Made by a program: the position numbers and the translations under genes
The notes under the pieces: generated by a model
Database searches by the model: none
Told to the model about the DNA's origin: nothing
What the model saw: only the letters and a program-made list of their open reading frames with translations
Origin: an uncultured bacterium
Lineage (GTDB): Bacteria > Zhuqueibacterota > QNDG01 > DTFT01
NCBI GenBank assembly: GCA_963736115.1
Contig: CAVTNR010000019.1
Location: 14,914-78,913 of the forward strand
DNA length: 64,000 nucleotides
Reading direction: 5' to 3'
Shown: positions 28,810 through 38,927 of the stretch, one piece after another
Position numbering within the stretch: position 1 is the stretch's first letter
Layout of the letters: each line of letters starts with the position of its first letter

Positions 28810-29151
28810 ATGAACCGCTCGATTTCCGAGCGCGGTTTCACCGTGCTCGAATTGGCCGTTGTCATCACCATTATCGGTGTGATGGCGGCTATCGCTGTGC
28901 CCAGGTTTGTGGGTTTGAACGAGAACGCCGAAGCTGCGGCCTGCAGGCAGAACCAGGGGACGATCGAAAGCGCCTGCGTCATGTACGTTCTGGACGAAGC
29001 GAACCCGAATCCCGGGCATTATCCGTCGCAGGTCGGCGACCTGGTGCCGCGCTACTTCGACGCGGAGCCGGAATGTCCGGCGGCAGGCGGATATGGATAC
29101 GATCCGGTCATGGGGAACGTTTTCTGCGACGAAGCCGGACACGGCGCCTGA
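28810..29151 (+). CDS. Prepilin-type N-terminal cleavage/methylation domain protein (pseudopilin-like), orphan
   Basis: MNRSISERGFTVLELAVVITIIGVMAAIAVPRF is a class III signal (G/FT.LE). No pilus or T2SS assembly genes are nearby. Confidence 0.8.
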   Translation: MNRSISERGFTVLELAVVITIIGVMAAIAVPRFVGLNENAEAAACRQNQGTIESACVMYVLDEANPNPGHYPSQVGDLVPRYFDAEPECPAAGGYGYDPVMGNVFCDEAGHGA

Positions 29152-29156
29152 ACGAA

Positions 29157-30272
29157 TCAGGGTTCGAAGGGGAAACGGATCTCCGTCAGTTTCAGTTCAT
29201 CCCGCACTTTCAGAAATTCCCTGCACAGGGGCGCGTCCATGGACACGCCCTTTTCTTTTCTCTCCAGCCAGGCCAGGTATTCCTTCTCTCCAGCCGTAAA
29301 AATGCGGTCCCGGCCCGGGATTTTGGCGGATGCGCGCAACTCCCGCAGGATGTCCCCCGCGTGCCTTCGGAACGATGCCGGATCCGTGAATGACGCGACA
29401 TCGACGGCGATGAAGAAATGGCCGAGCCCGAGAGGCGACGGTTCTCCGTTTTCCGCCGAACCGGAGAGTCCGGACAGAAACGCACCGCCCGCCAGGGCGG
29501 AGGAGAGGATTTCCACAACCGTCGCGTACCCGTATCCCTTGTGCCCGCCCGTGGTTTCCCCTTTGCCGCCCAGCGGCAGGAGTGAGGCGGTTCCCGCATT
29601 CAGGTCTTTCAGCAGGGCAGCCGCGTCGTGAACGTCATTTCCACGGCTGTCCACGGCCCAGCCGTCCGGAACCGGTCGGCCGGTTCTTGCGGCCACCTCG
29701 ATTTTTCCCCTCTGCGATGCGGATGTGGCGCAATCCAGGATGAAGGGGAAGTCCTCGTCCGTCGGAATCCCGAACGCGAGCGGATTCGTGCCCAGCATGG
29801 GTTCGGATCCGAAAGTCGGCGCCACGGAGGGCCTGGCGTTGGTGCCGGTGATGCCGATCAGCCCCCCGGAAGCGGCCATGGAGACGTAATACCCCGCGAT
29901 GCCGTAATGATTGGAGTTCTTCACGACGACCATGCCCATGCCCGTATTGCGGGCCATTTCCATGGCCGCGGACATGGCCGTTTTTGAAATCACCTGACCC
30001 ATCCCGTTATGGCCGTCGATGACCGCGGTCGATGGACCGCGGCGGACGAATTCCGGCACCGCACGTGGATCCACCTGTCCTGCGGCGATGCGGTCCACGT
30101 AAATGGATTTGAATCGGCTGACGCCGTGCGTGTCAATGCCCTGCTTGTCCGCTGTGATCAGCACATCGGCCGAGATTGCGGAATCCGCCTCGGACATCCC
30201 GAGCCTGCGGAAGGCGTCCGACATGAAGCGTTCGAGCAGTTCAAAGGGTACGCGGATCTCCTGATCGGACAT
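29157..30272 (-). CDS. Ldh2-family (malate/L-lactate/sulfolactate-type) dehydrogenase
   Basis: ...ITADKQGIDTHGVSRF ... NSNHYGIAGYY ... TNARPSVAPTFG ... KGYGYATVVEILS. Start at Met42 (MSDQEI). Confidence 0.8.
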   Translation of the reverse strand: MSDQEIRVPFELLERFMSDAFRRLGMSEADSAISADVLITADKQGIDTHGVSRFKSIYVDRIAAGQVDPRAVPEFVRRGPSTAVIDGHNGMGQVISKTAMSAAMEMARNTGMGMVVVKNSNHYGIAGYYVSMAASGGLIGITGTNARPSVAPTFGSEPMLGTNPLAFGIPTDEDFPFILDCATSASQRGKIEVAARTGRPVPDGWAVDSRGNDVHDAAALLKDLNAGTASLLPLGGKGETTGGHKGYGYATVVEILSSALAGGAFLSGLSGSAENGEPSPLGLGHFFIAVDVASFTDPASFRRHAGDILRELRASAKIPGRDRIFTAGEKEYLAWLERKEKGVSMDAPLCREFLKVRDELKLTEIRFPFEP

Positions 30273-30727
30273 GGAATCTCCTGCATGGATGGGGTGCGGC
30301 TGGTCTTGGATTGCAGCGGCCGGGTTGGCGCCTCGGATTTCGGGCAGAACCCGGCCCGGAGCGGGCATAAACCGATGTAAATTTAAGGAAAACAATTTTC
30401 AATATCAACCGTAAAAGAGAAAAAAGAGTTGGCTTTTGGCGGTTCATTAATTAAATTAAAGTTCTTTCGATCGGGCTGTCAGAAGCCCGCTTACCATTAA
30501 TAAAATAACGCTCATAAGTCGGTTGATGCGGGCTTCTGGCAGCTCCGACGAGTCTGATTCACCGCCGCTCGCGGCGCCCGGTATTGAATTTTCCTGTAAA
30601 CCTCCGCCGTTTGCGGCGGGATCATGTATTTTCCTGAAATCATAAAATCCGTCTGATGTGACTCAGAACCACGGGCCGATTTGCGGATACGGTTTCCGAT
30701 CTCCGGCCTGAATATAAAGGAAGCGCA

Positions 30728-32002
30728 ATGAGTTTTCAGTCTCCCAAAGGCACCAAGGACGTTCTTCCGGACGAACAGCCGTACTGGGAAAGGGTCGAAA
30801 CGGCCGCCCGCCGCATCGCCCGGCTGTACGGGTATGAACGGATCGATCTCCCGGTTTTCGAGGACACCGGCCTGTACAAGCGGGGCGTGGGCGCGGGCAC
30901 GGACATCGTGGAAAAGGAAATGTACACGTTCGAGGACAAGGGCGGTTCGTCCATCACGCTCCGGCCCGAATTCACCGCAGGCGTCATGCGGGCCTATCTC
31001 GAGAACGGCCTCGCCAGCTGGCCGAAGCCCGTCAAGGTCTGGTCGATCGGCCCGGTTTTCCGCTACGAAAGGCCCCAGGCCGGCCGGTTCCGCCAGCACA
31101 CCCAGTTCAACGTCGAGGCCATCGGAGAGTCCGACCCGGCCCTCGATTTCGAGATCATGTCCGTCGCCTTTCACCTGTACGAGGAACTGGGATTTCGGAA
31201 CCTGTCCTTTCAGATCAACAGCATCGGATGCCCGAAATGCAGGCCGGCCTATCTCGAGAAACTGTCCGGTTACTACCGTTCCCGTGAAGCCGGTCTCTGT
31301 TCCGATTGCGGCCAGCGGCTTCTCCGGAATCCTCTCCGTCTCCTGGACTGCAAGAATCCCGCCTGCCAGGCCGGGATTGCGGCCGCTCCGGCCATATCCG
31401 ATTCCCTATGCGGCGAATGTGAAGCCCATTTCAGGACGCTCCGTTCCTTTTTGGACGACCGGAAGCGGCCGTACACGCTCAACCACAGGCTTGTCCGGGG
31501 TCTGGATTACTACACCAAGACGGTTTTCGAAGTGTGGGCCGAGGGCATCGGATCGCAGAACGCGGTGTGCGGAGGCGGCCGTTACGACGGACTGGCCGAG
31601 GCCGTGGGCGGGCCCGCCACTCCCGGCGTCGGGTTCGCTTCCGGCATCGAGCGGATCGTGCTCACGCTGAAACAGCAGACCGCCGGTGAAGGGACGCTGG
31701 CCAGGCCGAAGCCGGCCGTATATTTCGTCCACTTGGGCGAAGCCGCCGGCCGTCAGGCCGTGGCCCTGCTCACCGAATGCCGCGCCGCCGGAATTGAAGC
31801 GGTCATGGGATTCGGCGAACGGAGCCTCAAGTCCCAGATGCGCGAGGCGAACACGCGCGGTGCGGCCCGGGTGGCCGTGATCGGCGAATCCGAAATCGCG
31901 GGCCGCATCGTGCAGTTGAAATCCATGGAAGACGGCGGACAGGTCGCCGTGCAGTGGGCGGAACTGATCGCAACACTGAAGGCGAAGGAGGCCGGCCTAT
32001 GA
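30728..32002 (+). CDS. hisS: Histidine--tRNA ligase
   Basis: PKGTKDVLP ... LRPEFTAGVMRAY ... FRYERPQAGRFRQHTQF ... RGLDYYTKTVFE ... GGGRYDGL. Confidence 0.92.
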   Translation: MSFQSPKGTKDVLPDEQPYWERVETAARRIARLYGYERIDLPVFEDTGLYKRGVGAGTDIVEKEMYTFEDKGGSSITLRPEFTAGVMRAYLENGLASWPKPVKVWSIGPVFRYERPQAGRFRQHTQFNVEAIGESDPALDFEIMSVAFHLYEELGFRNLSFQINSIGCPKCRPAYLEKLSGYYRSREAGLCSDCGQRLLRNPLRLLDCKNPACQAGIAAAPAISDSLCGECEAHFRTLRSFLDDRKRPYTLNHRLVRGLDYYTKTVFEVWAEGIGSQNAVCGGGRYDGLAEAVGGPATPGVGFASGIERIVLTLKQQTAGEGTLARPKPAVYFVHLGEAAGRQAVALLTECRAAGIEAVMGFGERSLKSQMREANTRGAARVAVIGESEIAGRIVQLKSMEDGGQVAVQWAELIATLKAKEAGL

Positions 32003-32793
32003 CCGCAGGGCCGGGACGTTTTCCTCGGAGCCGTGACGTTTTCGCCGTGGTGACGGCGACCTTTCTGCTTTACATCGGCTTTACGCTGGCATTCGGCGGA
32101 TCGGAAAACAAGCCGATCATACTGCTGATGGAGTTTTCCCTGATCGTGCCGGCCCTCCTGTTCATCATCCTGGGGCGCTACCCGTTCCGCCCGGCGTTCC
32201 GGCTCTCTCCCGTGAAACCCGGCCTGCTCGCCGCTTCCGTGCCCCTCGGCCTGGGGCTGGGCATACTCGGGGACGAGCTCGACCGCATGGTGCAGTCCGT
32301 GGTCCCGATGCCCGAGCACATCCTTCGTGCGTTGAAGGAGTTCATGACGGTCGACAGTTTCGCCGAGGCTGCGCTGGTTGTCGGAATGGCCGTGGTCGTC
32401 GCCGGCGTCGTGGAGGAGATGCTGTTCCGGGGATTCCTGCAGGCGTCGCTCGAGCGCAACGGCCCGCCGGGCAAGGCGATCGGCGTGACCGCGGCCGTGT
32501 TCGCCTTTCTGCATTTCAATCCCTGGTGGACTTTTCAGATTTTCGCGCTCGGTGTCGTGCTGGGCATTCTGGCCTGGCGCAGCCGGAGCATCTGGCCGGC
32601 TGTGGTGATCCACGCGCTCAACAACGCGGTTTCCATGCTCTTCATCAATCTCGACGAATCCAGGCTCCAGTGGTATGTGTACCGCGATCATGTGTCGCCC
32701 GTCTGCTTCATCTCGGGGCTGGTTCTGACTTACGCCGGACTGCGCCTGTTTTTCCGGCTCACCGGGCCTGCCGCCGGAACGGCGTCTAATTGA
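31999..32793 (+). CDS. CPBP-family intramembrane glutamic endopeptidase (CAAX protease-like)
   Basis: ATGA overlap with hisS. EEMLFRGFLQ, FAFLHF, VVIHALNN motifs within a polytopic protein. Confidence 0.8.
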   Translation: MTAGPGRFPRSRDVFAVVTATFLLYIGFTLAFGGSENKPIILLMEFSLIVPALLFIILGRYPFRPAFRLSPVKPGLLAASVPLGLGLGILGDELDRMVQSVVPMPEHILRALKEFMTVDSFAEAALVVGMAVVVAGVVEEMLFRGFLQASLERNGPPGKAIGVTAAVFAFLHFNPWWTFQIFALGVVLGILAWRSRSIWPAVVIHALNNAVSMLFINLDESRLQWYVYRDHVSPVCFISGLVLTYAGLRLFFRLTGPAAGTASN

Positions 32794-32948
32794 AGCTCCC
32801 CGCCGCAAGCGGCGGGGAATCTTCTATCTGTAAAGAAAGGACATCTTATATTCGCTCGCTTACCCCGGGGCCCGTTGCGCGGGATCTATCTATTATATTT
32901 ACGAATTATCGAAGACAAGCCCCGGGGAATCCGCTCGCTGACAGATTC
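32790..32948 (-). repeat. Two/three-hairpin intergenic element, copy 2 (inverted, expanded)
   Basis: The reverse complement reads ...GGGGtaagcgagcgaatataagatgtcctttctttacagatagaagattCCCCGCCGCttGCGGCGGGGagcttcaa. The terminal hairpin differs from copy 1 by a compensatory G:C to C:G swap. It carries an extra internal module (atagatagatCCCGCGCAACGGG). Confidence 0.75.
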
Positions 32949-34583
32949 ATGAAGGGGGGAATCATGAAAGGGACATTGATTCGGATCTGGAGCGCGGCCG
33001 CGTTGTTTCTGGCGGGAGCCGCAATCGGCGGCCAGGCCGTTCTTGAAAATGCGGTACAGGAATCACGTGCGATGAGGGCCGAAGGCAGGTTCAAGGAGGC
33101 GGTTTTCGTTCTCCGGCAGGCCGTTGCGGCTCTGCCGGACAACGCGGACGCCCATTACCGGCTGGCCGAATCCCTCGGAGAATTCTCGGGGAAACAGGCC
33201 GAAGCCGGTGATTTTTCCGGCGCCATGGCGAACGTCATCGAGGCATTCGCGGAGTTGGACCGCGCGACCACGCTGGATCCGGGTCACTTTGACGCTCACT
33301 TGTATTACGGCGTGTACGCGGTCAGTGTGCCTCCTCTGTTCGGAAAACAGCAGGACGGTCTCATGCACCTGGAAACCGCGAAGTCGCTGGCCGAGCAGAA
33401 TACCGGGAACCGGCCCGCGGCCCAGACGGCTGTGCTGTACCGCTTTCTCGGGCAGGCCTATCTGGCGGCCGGACGCTCGGAAGAGGCGCGGGTTGCCTGG
33501 GAAAGGACCCTGTCCCTCGAACCCGATGGCGAAAACGCGGCGGCCGCGAAAAAAGGACTGGCCGGCCTGAAAGCGACGCCGGCTTCAACCGGGAAAACCG
33601 CTCCAGTGGAGACCGTAGACACCGCGTCCCTGAAGGCCGGGGGAAAGGCGGCTGTTGCGGCGGGTCATTGGGCCGAAGCCGCCGATCTGCTGCGTCGGGC
33701 CGTTCTGCTGGACACGACGGACGTGGAATCCATCCTGCTGCTCGCCCGTGCGCTCGGGGTGGAGGCGGATCTCGGGTATGACAAGCGGATTTACGCGGAC
33801 CAGAACTGGCGGACCAACCTGGCTTTCGAAGTCGCTCGCGTGCTGGAAACCGCGCACCGGCGCATTCCGGATGATCCGAACATACAGCTCACCTACGCGA
33901 GCGTGTGCGTCGGTATGCCGTTTTTCGTCGGTAAGATCGACGAGGGGCTGGCCATTCTCGAAAAACTGACGAAGAACCCGAACCTGCCCGATTCCCTGCA
34001 GGCCGAAGCCGCCTATCAGCTGGGTTTCGGATACCGGAAGAAGGGGAGGGGCGTGTGGGCCGGCCTTGCAAAAAACAGCCCGGATGCGCCCCAGGTCGCT
34101 TCCGTATACCGGGAATTCGGATTGCGGGAAAATAAAAAACCTGCGGCCGCGGGCGAGCGGGTCGAGGTTTCCTTCCATCTCGGTTTTCAGGACGAACTCG
34201 AACCCCAGACCGCGGTCTGGGTGGAGGATGCCTCGGGACGGCACATCCGGACACTGTACGTGTCCGGTTTCTCGGGATTCGCGAAGGAAAAGCAGGTGGT
34301 GCTCCCCGAATTCGCGGAACGCACCCGGTTTGAGGATACGGACGGGGTCACGGGCGCGAGCCTCGACTGGGGAAAGCATTCGGTTTCCTGGAATCTGCTC
34401 GACCGGCAGGGGAAACGCGTCCCGTCCGGCCGCTATGCCATCCGGATCGAGGTGTCGTATTGGCCGAGCATGCGGTACGAGACGTCCGCGGCGGACATAC
34501 AGGTGGGCGGCAAGCCCGCCGAGGCATCGGCGCAGAAGGAGCCGCTGATTCCGTTCTATCACGTCCGGTATCTGAAAAAATAA
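32949..34583 (+). CDS. Secreted TPR-repeat protein with uncharacterised beta-rich C-terminal domain
   Basis: ATG 32949 gives signal peptide MKGGIMKGTLIRIWSAAALFLAGAAIG. Several TPR-like helices (DADAHYRLAESLG, YRFLGQAYLAAGRSEEARVAWERTLSLEP). The C-terminal roughly 130 aa is non-TPR. Confidence 0.55.
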   Translation: MKGGIMKGTLIRIWSAAALFLAGAAIGGQAVLENAVQESRAMRAEGRFKEAVFVLRQAVAALPDNADAHYRLAESLGEFSGKQAEAGDFSGAMANVIEAFAELDRATTLDPGHFDAHLYYGVYAVSVPPLFGKQQDGLMHLETAKSLAEQNTGNRPAAQTAVLYRFLGQAYLAAGRSEEARVAWERTLSLEPDGENAAAAKKGLAGLKATPASTGKTAPVETVDTASLKAGGKAAVAAGHWAEAADLLRRAVLLDTTDVESILLLARALGVEADLGYDKRIYADQNWRTNLAFEVARVLETAHRRIPDDPNIQLTYASVCVGMPFFVGKIDEGLAILEKLTKNPNLPDSLQAEAAYQLGFGYRKKGRGVWAGLAKNSPDAPQVASVYREFGLRENKKPAAAGERVEVSFHLGFQDELEPQTAVWVEDASGRHIRTLYVSGFSGFAKEKQVVLPEFAERTRFEDTDGVTGASLDWGKHSVSWNLLDRQGKRVPSGRYAIRIEVSYWPSMRYETSAADIQVGGKPAEASAQKEPLIPFYHVRYLKK

Positions 34584-34743
34584 CAATGGAACACGGATCG
34601 CGCGGATTTGCGCGGATAAAGAGGTTGGAATAGGGTATTTCACTGATTGGAATTGCCGGTGGGTCCGCATGAGGCGGTTCCCCTGACGGACTCCGTGTTC
34701 AGGGTCTAACAGACTCCCATCGTTCTTATGATATTTTTCAACA

Positions 34744-34791
34744 CGGAACCCGGAACTCGGAACCCGGAACTTCCTGAACCATGAACCATGA
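34744..34791. repeat. 7-nt-periodic array (CGGAACY heptads merging into CATGAAC heptads)
   Basis: cggaacc cggaact cggaacc cggaact tcctgaac catgaac catga, directly upstream of etfB. Confidence 0.6.
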
Positions 34792-34803
34792 TCTGAGGCA
34801 TCC

Positions 34804-35595
34804 ATGAACCTGATCGTCTGCGTCAAGCAGGTCCCGGACACCACGGACGTTAAAATCGACCCCGAGACCAACACGCTCGTGCGCCAGGGCGTGGCTGCCG
34901 TTCTCAATCCCTTTGACGCGTATGCGGTCGAAGAGGCGGTGCGCATCCGTGAAAAACACGGTGGAAAGGTGACGGCGCTCACCATGGGGCCTCCCCAGGC
35001 CGTCCAGGTCCTCCGCGACGCGATCGCGGTGGGCGCGGACGAGGGCATTCTGCTGTCCGACCGCGCTTTCGCGGGAGCCGACACGCTCGCCACTTCGAAC
35101 ACCCTGGCCCAGGCCATACGTAAAATCGGCGCCTTCGACCTGATCCTGTGCGGCAAGCAGGCCGTGGACGGGGACACCGCGCAGGTGGGGCCGGGCATCG
35201 CGGCTCTGCTCGACATCCCCCAGATCATTTTCGTGCGCGCGATACGCGAGCTGACGGCGGATAAAATCGTCGCTGAGCGGATGACCGAAGACGGCTTCGA
35301 CGTGGTGGAGTCGTCCCTGCCCTGCCTGATTTCCGTGGTCAAGGGCATCAATGAACCCCGCCTGCCCTCCCTGCGGGGCGTCATGACCTCCAAGAAAGCC
35401 GTCATCCCCACCTGGACCGTTCAGGACACGGGTGCGGATCCGGAACGCATCGGGCTCAAGGGTTCGCCGACTTACGTCCATAAAATATTCACGCCCCCGG
35501 CCCGGCCCGGCGGTCGCAGATTCGAGGGTGAAACCGCCCAGGTCGTCGAGGCTTTCGTGAAGGCGGCGGTCGAGGACCAGCTGTTCGCGCCCTGA
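34804..35595 (+). CDS. etfB: Electron transfer flavoprotein beta subunit
   Basis: MNLIVCVKQVPDTTDVKID ... NPFDAYAVEEAVR ... ILCGKQAVDGDTAQVGP. Confidence 0.9.
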   Translation: MNLIVCVKQVPDTTDVKIDPETNTLVRQGVAAVLNPFDAYAVEEAVRIREKHGGKVTALTMGPPQAVQVLRDAIAVGADEGILLSDRAFAGADTLATSNTLAQAIRKIGAFDLILCGKQAVDGDTAQVGPGIAALLDIPQIIFVRAIRELTADKIVAERMTEDGFDVVESSLPCLISVVKGINEPRLPSLRGVMTSKKAVIPTWTVQDTGADPERIGLKGSPTYVHKIFTPPARPGGRRFEGETAQVVEAFVKAAVEDQLFAP

Positions 35596-35629
35596 GGCGC
35601 GCCGGCCGGATCCCCAAGGAGTTGAGACC

Positions 35630-36115
35630 TTGCGCCGAAAGGACAGGGAAATCACCGATCCCGCGGAATGGCGGGAGGTCCTGGACAAGGCGGATTCGTG
35701 CCGGATCGGTTTCGCGGTCGGGGACGAGTCCTATGTTGTGGCCATGAATTTCGGGTACCGGTGGACGGATGAACGGCTGTTGCTGTATTTTCACTGTGCC
35801 CGCGAGGGCAGAAAGCTCGAATTCCTGTCAAAGAATGACCGCGTCAGCTTTCAGCTGGATACGGACCGGAAAATCGTAGCCGGGGAGGAGGCCTGCCGGT
35901 GGAGCATGGAATACCGGAGCCTGGCCGGGACGGGGCGGCTAATCCGGGTTTCGGAACCCGGGGAGAGAATCGAAGGGCTGAACCGCATTCTCGCGCATTA
36001 CGGCGGTGCGGGGCAGGCCGAATACGAAGCAGGCGCGCTCGAGGCCGTTCTGATTCTGCGCCTCGACGTGGAAACCTTGAGCGGAAAAAGGCAACCGGGT
36101 CGTCTCACGGCGTGA
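35630..36115 (+). CDS. Pyridoxamine-5'-phosphate-oxidase-like FMN-binding split-barrel protein
   Basis: TTG start. MRRKDREITDPAEWREVLDKADSCRIGFAV... is typical of the PNPOx/Nim-like family. It sits between etfB and etfA. Confidence 0.65.
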   Translation: MRRKDREITDPAEWREVLDKADSCRIGFAVGDESYVVAMNFGYRWTDERLLLYFHCAREGRKLEFLSKNDRVSFQLDTDRKIVAGEEACRWSMEYRSLAGTGRLIRVSEPGERIEGLNRILAHYGGAGQAEYEAGALEAVLILRLDVETLSGKRQPGRLTA

Positions 36116-36163
36116 CGCAGCCGTCCGCGTACCCGACACCCATTGATTCGAGGAGAAGCATCC

Positions 36164-37366
36164 GTGGCCCCCATTCAGGTTATCGGAGACAAGTGCATCG
36201 GTTGTAAAAAATGCGTGAAAGCCTGTCCGTTCGGCGCCATTGAGATGCAGGGCAGGCTGGCGGTGATCGATCTTTCCAAATGCACCCTGTGCGGCGCGTG
36301 CGTGGAACCCTGCCCGGTCGAGGCCATCGTCCTGGACCGCGGCGGCCGGTCGGCCGGTGCCGCGGACGGCAGCCGCGGCGTCTGGGTATTCGCGGAACAG
36401 CGCGGCGGCGAGATTCAGTCCGTGGTGTTCGAGCTCCTGGGCGCGGGCCGCATGCTGGCAACCGCCCGCGGATGCGAGCTCGCGGCCGTGCTGATCGGTT
36501 CCGGGGTGGAGGAGAAGGCCGGCGTCCTGTTCCGGCGCGGCGCGGACAAGGTCTATTTGGCGGACCATCCCGGACTCCGCGACTACCGGGACGAGCCGTA
36601 CGCCCGTCTCCTGACGCGGATGATCCGGGAATACAAGCCGGAAATCGTGCTCACCGGCGCTACTTCGATCGGCCGATCGCTCATCCCGCGGACAGCCGTC
36701 CAGGTCCCGACCGGACTTACGGCCGACTGCACGGGTCTGGAAATCGATCCATCCACCGGACTCCTCCTGCAGACGCGCCCCGCATTCGGCGGTAATATCA
36801 TGGCCACCATTAAATGCGAGCATCACCGCCCCCAGATGGCCACGGTGCGGCACAAAGTGATGGAGGAGGCGCCGGAAGATCCGAGCCGGCCGGCCGGCTC
36901 GCTGGTCCGGGTACCCGTCACGGACGCGGATCTCGCGTCCCGGACGACCGTGCTGGAAACCGTCAAGGAACTCGAGGAAACGGTGAACATCGTCGAGGCG
37001 GATGTCATCGTGGCCGGGGGCCGGGGCGTGAAAGGTCCCGAGCACTTCGCCATGCTCGGCGAACTGGCCAAAACGCTGGGCGGCGCGGTGGGCGCGTCCC
37101 GCGCGGCCGTGGACGCCGGATGGGTTCCCTACTCGCATCAGGTCGGACAGACGGGCAAGACGGTGAAGCCCAAGATCTATTTCGCCTGCGGCATTTCAGG
37201 CGCCATCCAGCACCTGGTCGGCATGTCGTCCTCGGACATCATTGTCGCCATCAACAAGAATCCGGACGCGCCTATTTTCAACGTGGCGACGTATGGACTG
37301 GTCGGCGACCTGTTCGAAATCGTTCCGGAACTGACCCGGCGGTTCAAGGAAACGATCCGCCGCTGA
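36164..37366 (+). CDS. etfA: Electron transfer flavoprotein alpha subunit fused to an N-terminal 2x[4Fe-4S] ferredoxin domain
   Basis: GTG 36164 after [18 protein letters not shown] and [12 protein letters not shown], then the EtfA body, ending ...[27 protein letters not shown]. Confidence 0.88.
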   Translation: MAPIQVIGDKCIGCKKCVKACPFGAIEMQGRLAVIDLSKCTLCGACVEPCPVEAIVLDRGGRSAGAADGSRGVWVFAEQRGGEIQSVVFELLGAGRMLATARGCELAAVLIGSGVEEKAGVLFRRGADKVYLADHPGLRDYRDEPYARLLTRMIREYKPEIVLTGATSIGRSLIPRTAVQVPTGLTADCTGLEIDPSTGLLLQTRPAFGGNIMATIKCEHHRPQMATVRHKVMEEAPEDPSRPAGSLVRVPVTDADLASRTTVLETVKELEETVNIVEADVIVAGGRGVKGPEHFAMLGELAKTLGGAVGASRAAVDAGWVPYSHQVGQTGKTVKPKIYFACGISGAIQHLVGMSSSDIIVAINKNPDAPIFNVATYGLVGDLFEIVPELTRRFKETIRR

Positions 37367-37409
37367 GCCATCCGGATGCCGGAACCGCGTCGGATCCCGG
37401 AGGAATATA

Positions 37410-38501
37410 ATGAAGATGCGGACGGCCGCCCTGCGCCGACCGATTCTGCCTCCCGCCGTTGCGGTACTGCTTCTTCTGCTGACCCGCTGCGGCTCGGACC
37501 GATCTCCGTCAGCTCCGTCCGGAATCCGGACCGTTCCGCTGAACAGCGGTCCGCCCGCCGTGACCGTCTGCCGATGGCCGATGGACAAAGCCGCGGCCTA
37601 TACGATCGGATTCGACGATTTCCGCGCCAGCCATTTCGATGTGGCCCGGCCCGAGCTGAACCGGGTCGGAATCCGCGGCACCTTCTACATTCAAACGCAC
37701 TCGGTGACCCGGTGGAACAGCCTCAGGCGGTTGGCCGAAGAGGGCCACGAGGTCGCGTCCCACACATGGTCCCACGCGCGCTGCACCCGGATCGGGGAAA
37801 ACGAATTGCGGCGGGAAATCGAGCGCGCGATCGAGGACATCCGCAACCACCTGCCCGCCGTACAAAAGGTCCCCAGTTTTTCCTATCCCTTCGGACTTCT
37901 GGATGAATCCGGCAAGGCCGTAGTATCCCGCTACCATCTCTGCGCACGATCCGGGATTGAGGGCATCGAAACGGGAGACGCGGAACACACGGATTTCCAG
38001 GCGCTGAAAGCCGTCGGCGTTTATCCTCCCTATGCGATCGACCGGTTGAACGCTTTCGTGATGGAAGCAATCGGATCCAGCGGATGGATCATCGTCTATT
38101 TCCATTCCGTATCGGACCGGAACCGGAGCGGTCCGACGACCATTCCCCTCGATTTGTTCAGGCAGCACCTGTCTTTCGTCCGCGGCCGCGGGGAAGATTT
38201 ATGGATCGCAACACTAGGACAGGCGGCCAGCTATATCCTCATGAGACAGACGGCTTTTGTGTCCGCATTGGTGAAGAACGGGGACCGCATCGAGGTGCGC
38301 CTGGAAGGGAAAGTGCCGAAACTCGGCCTCCCGATTCCGCTCTGCGTCGCTATAAACAGGCCTCCTGAATGGATCGGCCGAGAGATCATCGCGGAAATGG
38401 ACGGCAGTGGCCGCAGGATTCAGGTTCACGAACCGGACCCGTCCCGTCTCCTGCTCGACATGCCGGTTCCATCGACCTGCAGGTTATATGCGGTGCAATG
38501 A
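37410..38501 (+). CDS. Polysaccharide deacetylase (NodB-homology) lipoprotein
   Basis: Lipobox LLLLTRCG. NodB motifs TIGFDDF and ASHTWSH. C-terminal extra domain. Confidence 0.75.
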   Translation: MKMRTAALRRPILPPAVAVLLLLLTRCGSDRSPSAPSGIRTVPLNSGPPAVTVCRWPMDKAAAYTIGFDDFRASHFDVARPELNRVGIRGTFYIQTHSVTRWNSLRRLAEEGHEVASHTWSHARCTRIGENELRREIERAIEDIRNHLPAVQKVPSFSYPFGLLDESGKAVVSRYHLCARSGIEGIETGDAEHTDFQALKAVGVYPPYAIDRLNAFVMEAIGSSGWIIVYFHSVSDRNRSGPTTIPLDLFRQHLSFVRGRGEDLWIATLGQAASYILMRQTAFVSALVKNGDRIEVRLEGKVPKLGLPIPLCVAINRPPEWIGREIIAEMDGSGRRIQVHEPDPSRLLLDMPVPSTCRLYAVQ

Positions 38502-38733
38502 TGCGGACCCGATTGGATGGCGGGTGCCGCTGAATCCGAGCGTGATACGGACCGGACCTGCGGGACGGCCGGTGGGGGAGGTCAGGCGGATCGAGCCGAT
38601 TAAGGACAAATCAATAATATGGAAAATTTTACCTACAAAAATGTCATTGTCGCAAGAGGAAAGATTTTTTTGTAGAGATTATATATCGGTTATATGATAT
38701 GTCAACAAAATAATTTTATTTTTACAAGCCCTT

Positions 38734-38833
38734 TTGACTTGACATTCGGCTTTCATTTCGCTTAATTACGCTCCGATCCGTCAGCCTTTACGGTAGGGCG
38801 ACTCTGTAAATCTCCCTACCGTTTTCCTTTTTA
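38734..38833 (+). ncRNA. Candidate orphan promoter-terminator unit (about 60-nt small RNA), speculative
   Basis: TTGACA (38739-38744), 17 nt, TTAATT (38762-38767). Downstream hairpin ACGGTAGGG-N15-CCCTACCGT (38790-38822) followed by TTTCCTTTTT. No ORF. Lies in an AT-rich island. Confidence 0.25.
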
Positions 38834-38893
38834 TGGAATTAGGCACAATTATCACGAATTCGATCCTAAGCTCAGTCATAATAAATAGTTATT

Positions 38894-38927
38894 AAAAAAG
38901 GACGGGAATACAACCCCGTCCTTTTTT
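38894..38927. terminator. Bidirectional rho-independent terminator downstream of the 1151-aa minus-strand gene
   Basis: AAAAAAGGACGGGaatacaaCCCCGTCCTTTTTT. Confidence 0.65.

Noticed and set aside
30396-30727. T-box riboswitch upstream of hisS
   Set aside because: I could not find the conserved T-box sequence (…GGTGGTACCGCG-like), a specifier-loop/AGAGA pattern or a terminator/antiterminator pair. Only a generic inverted repeat is present.
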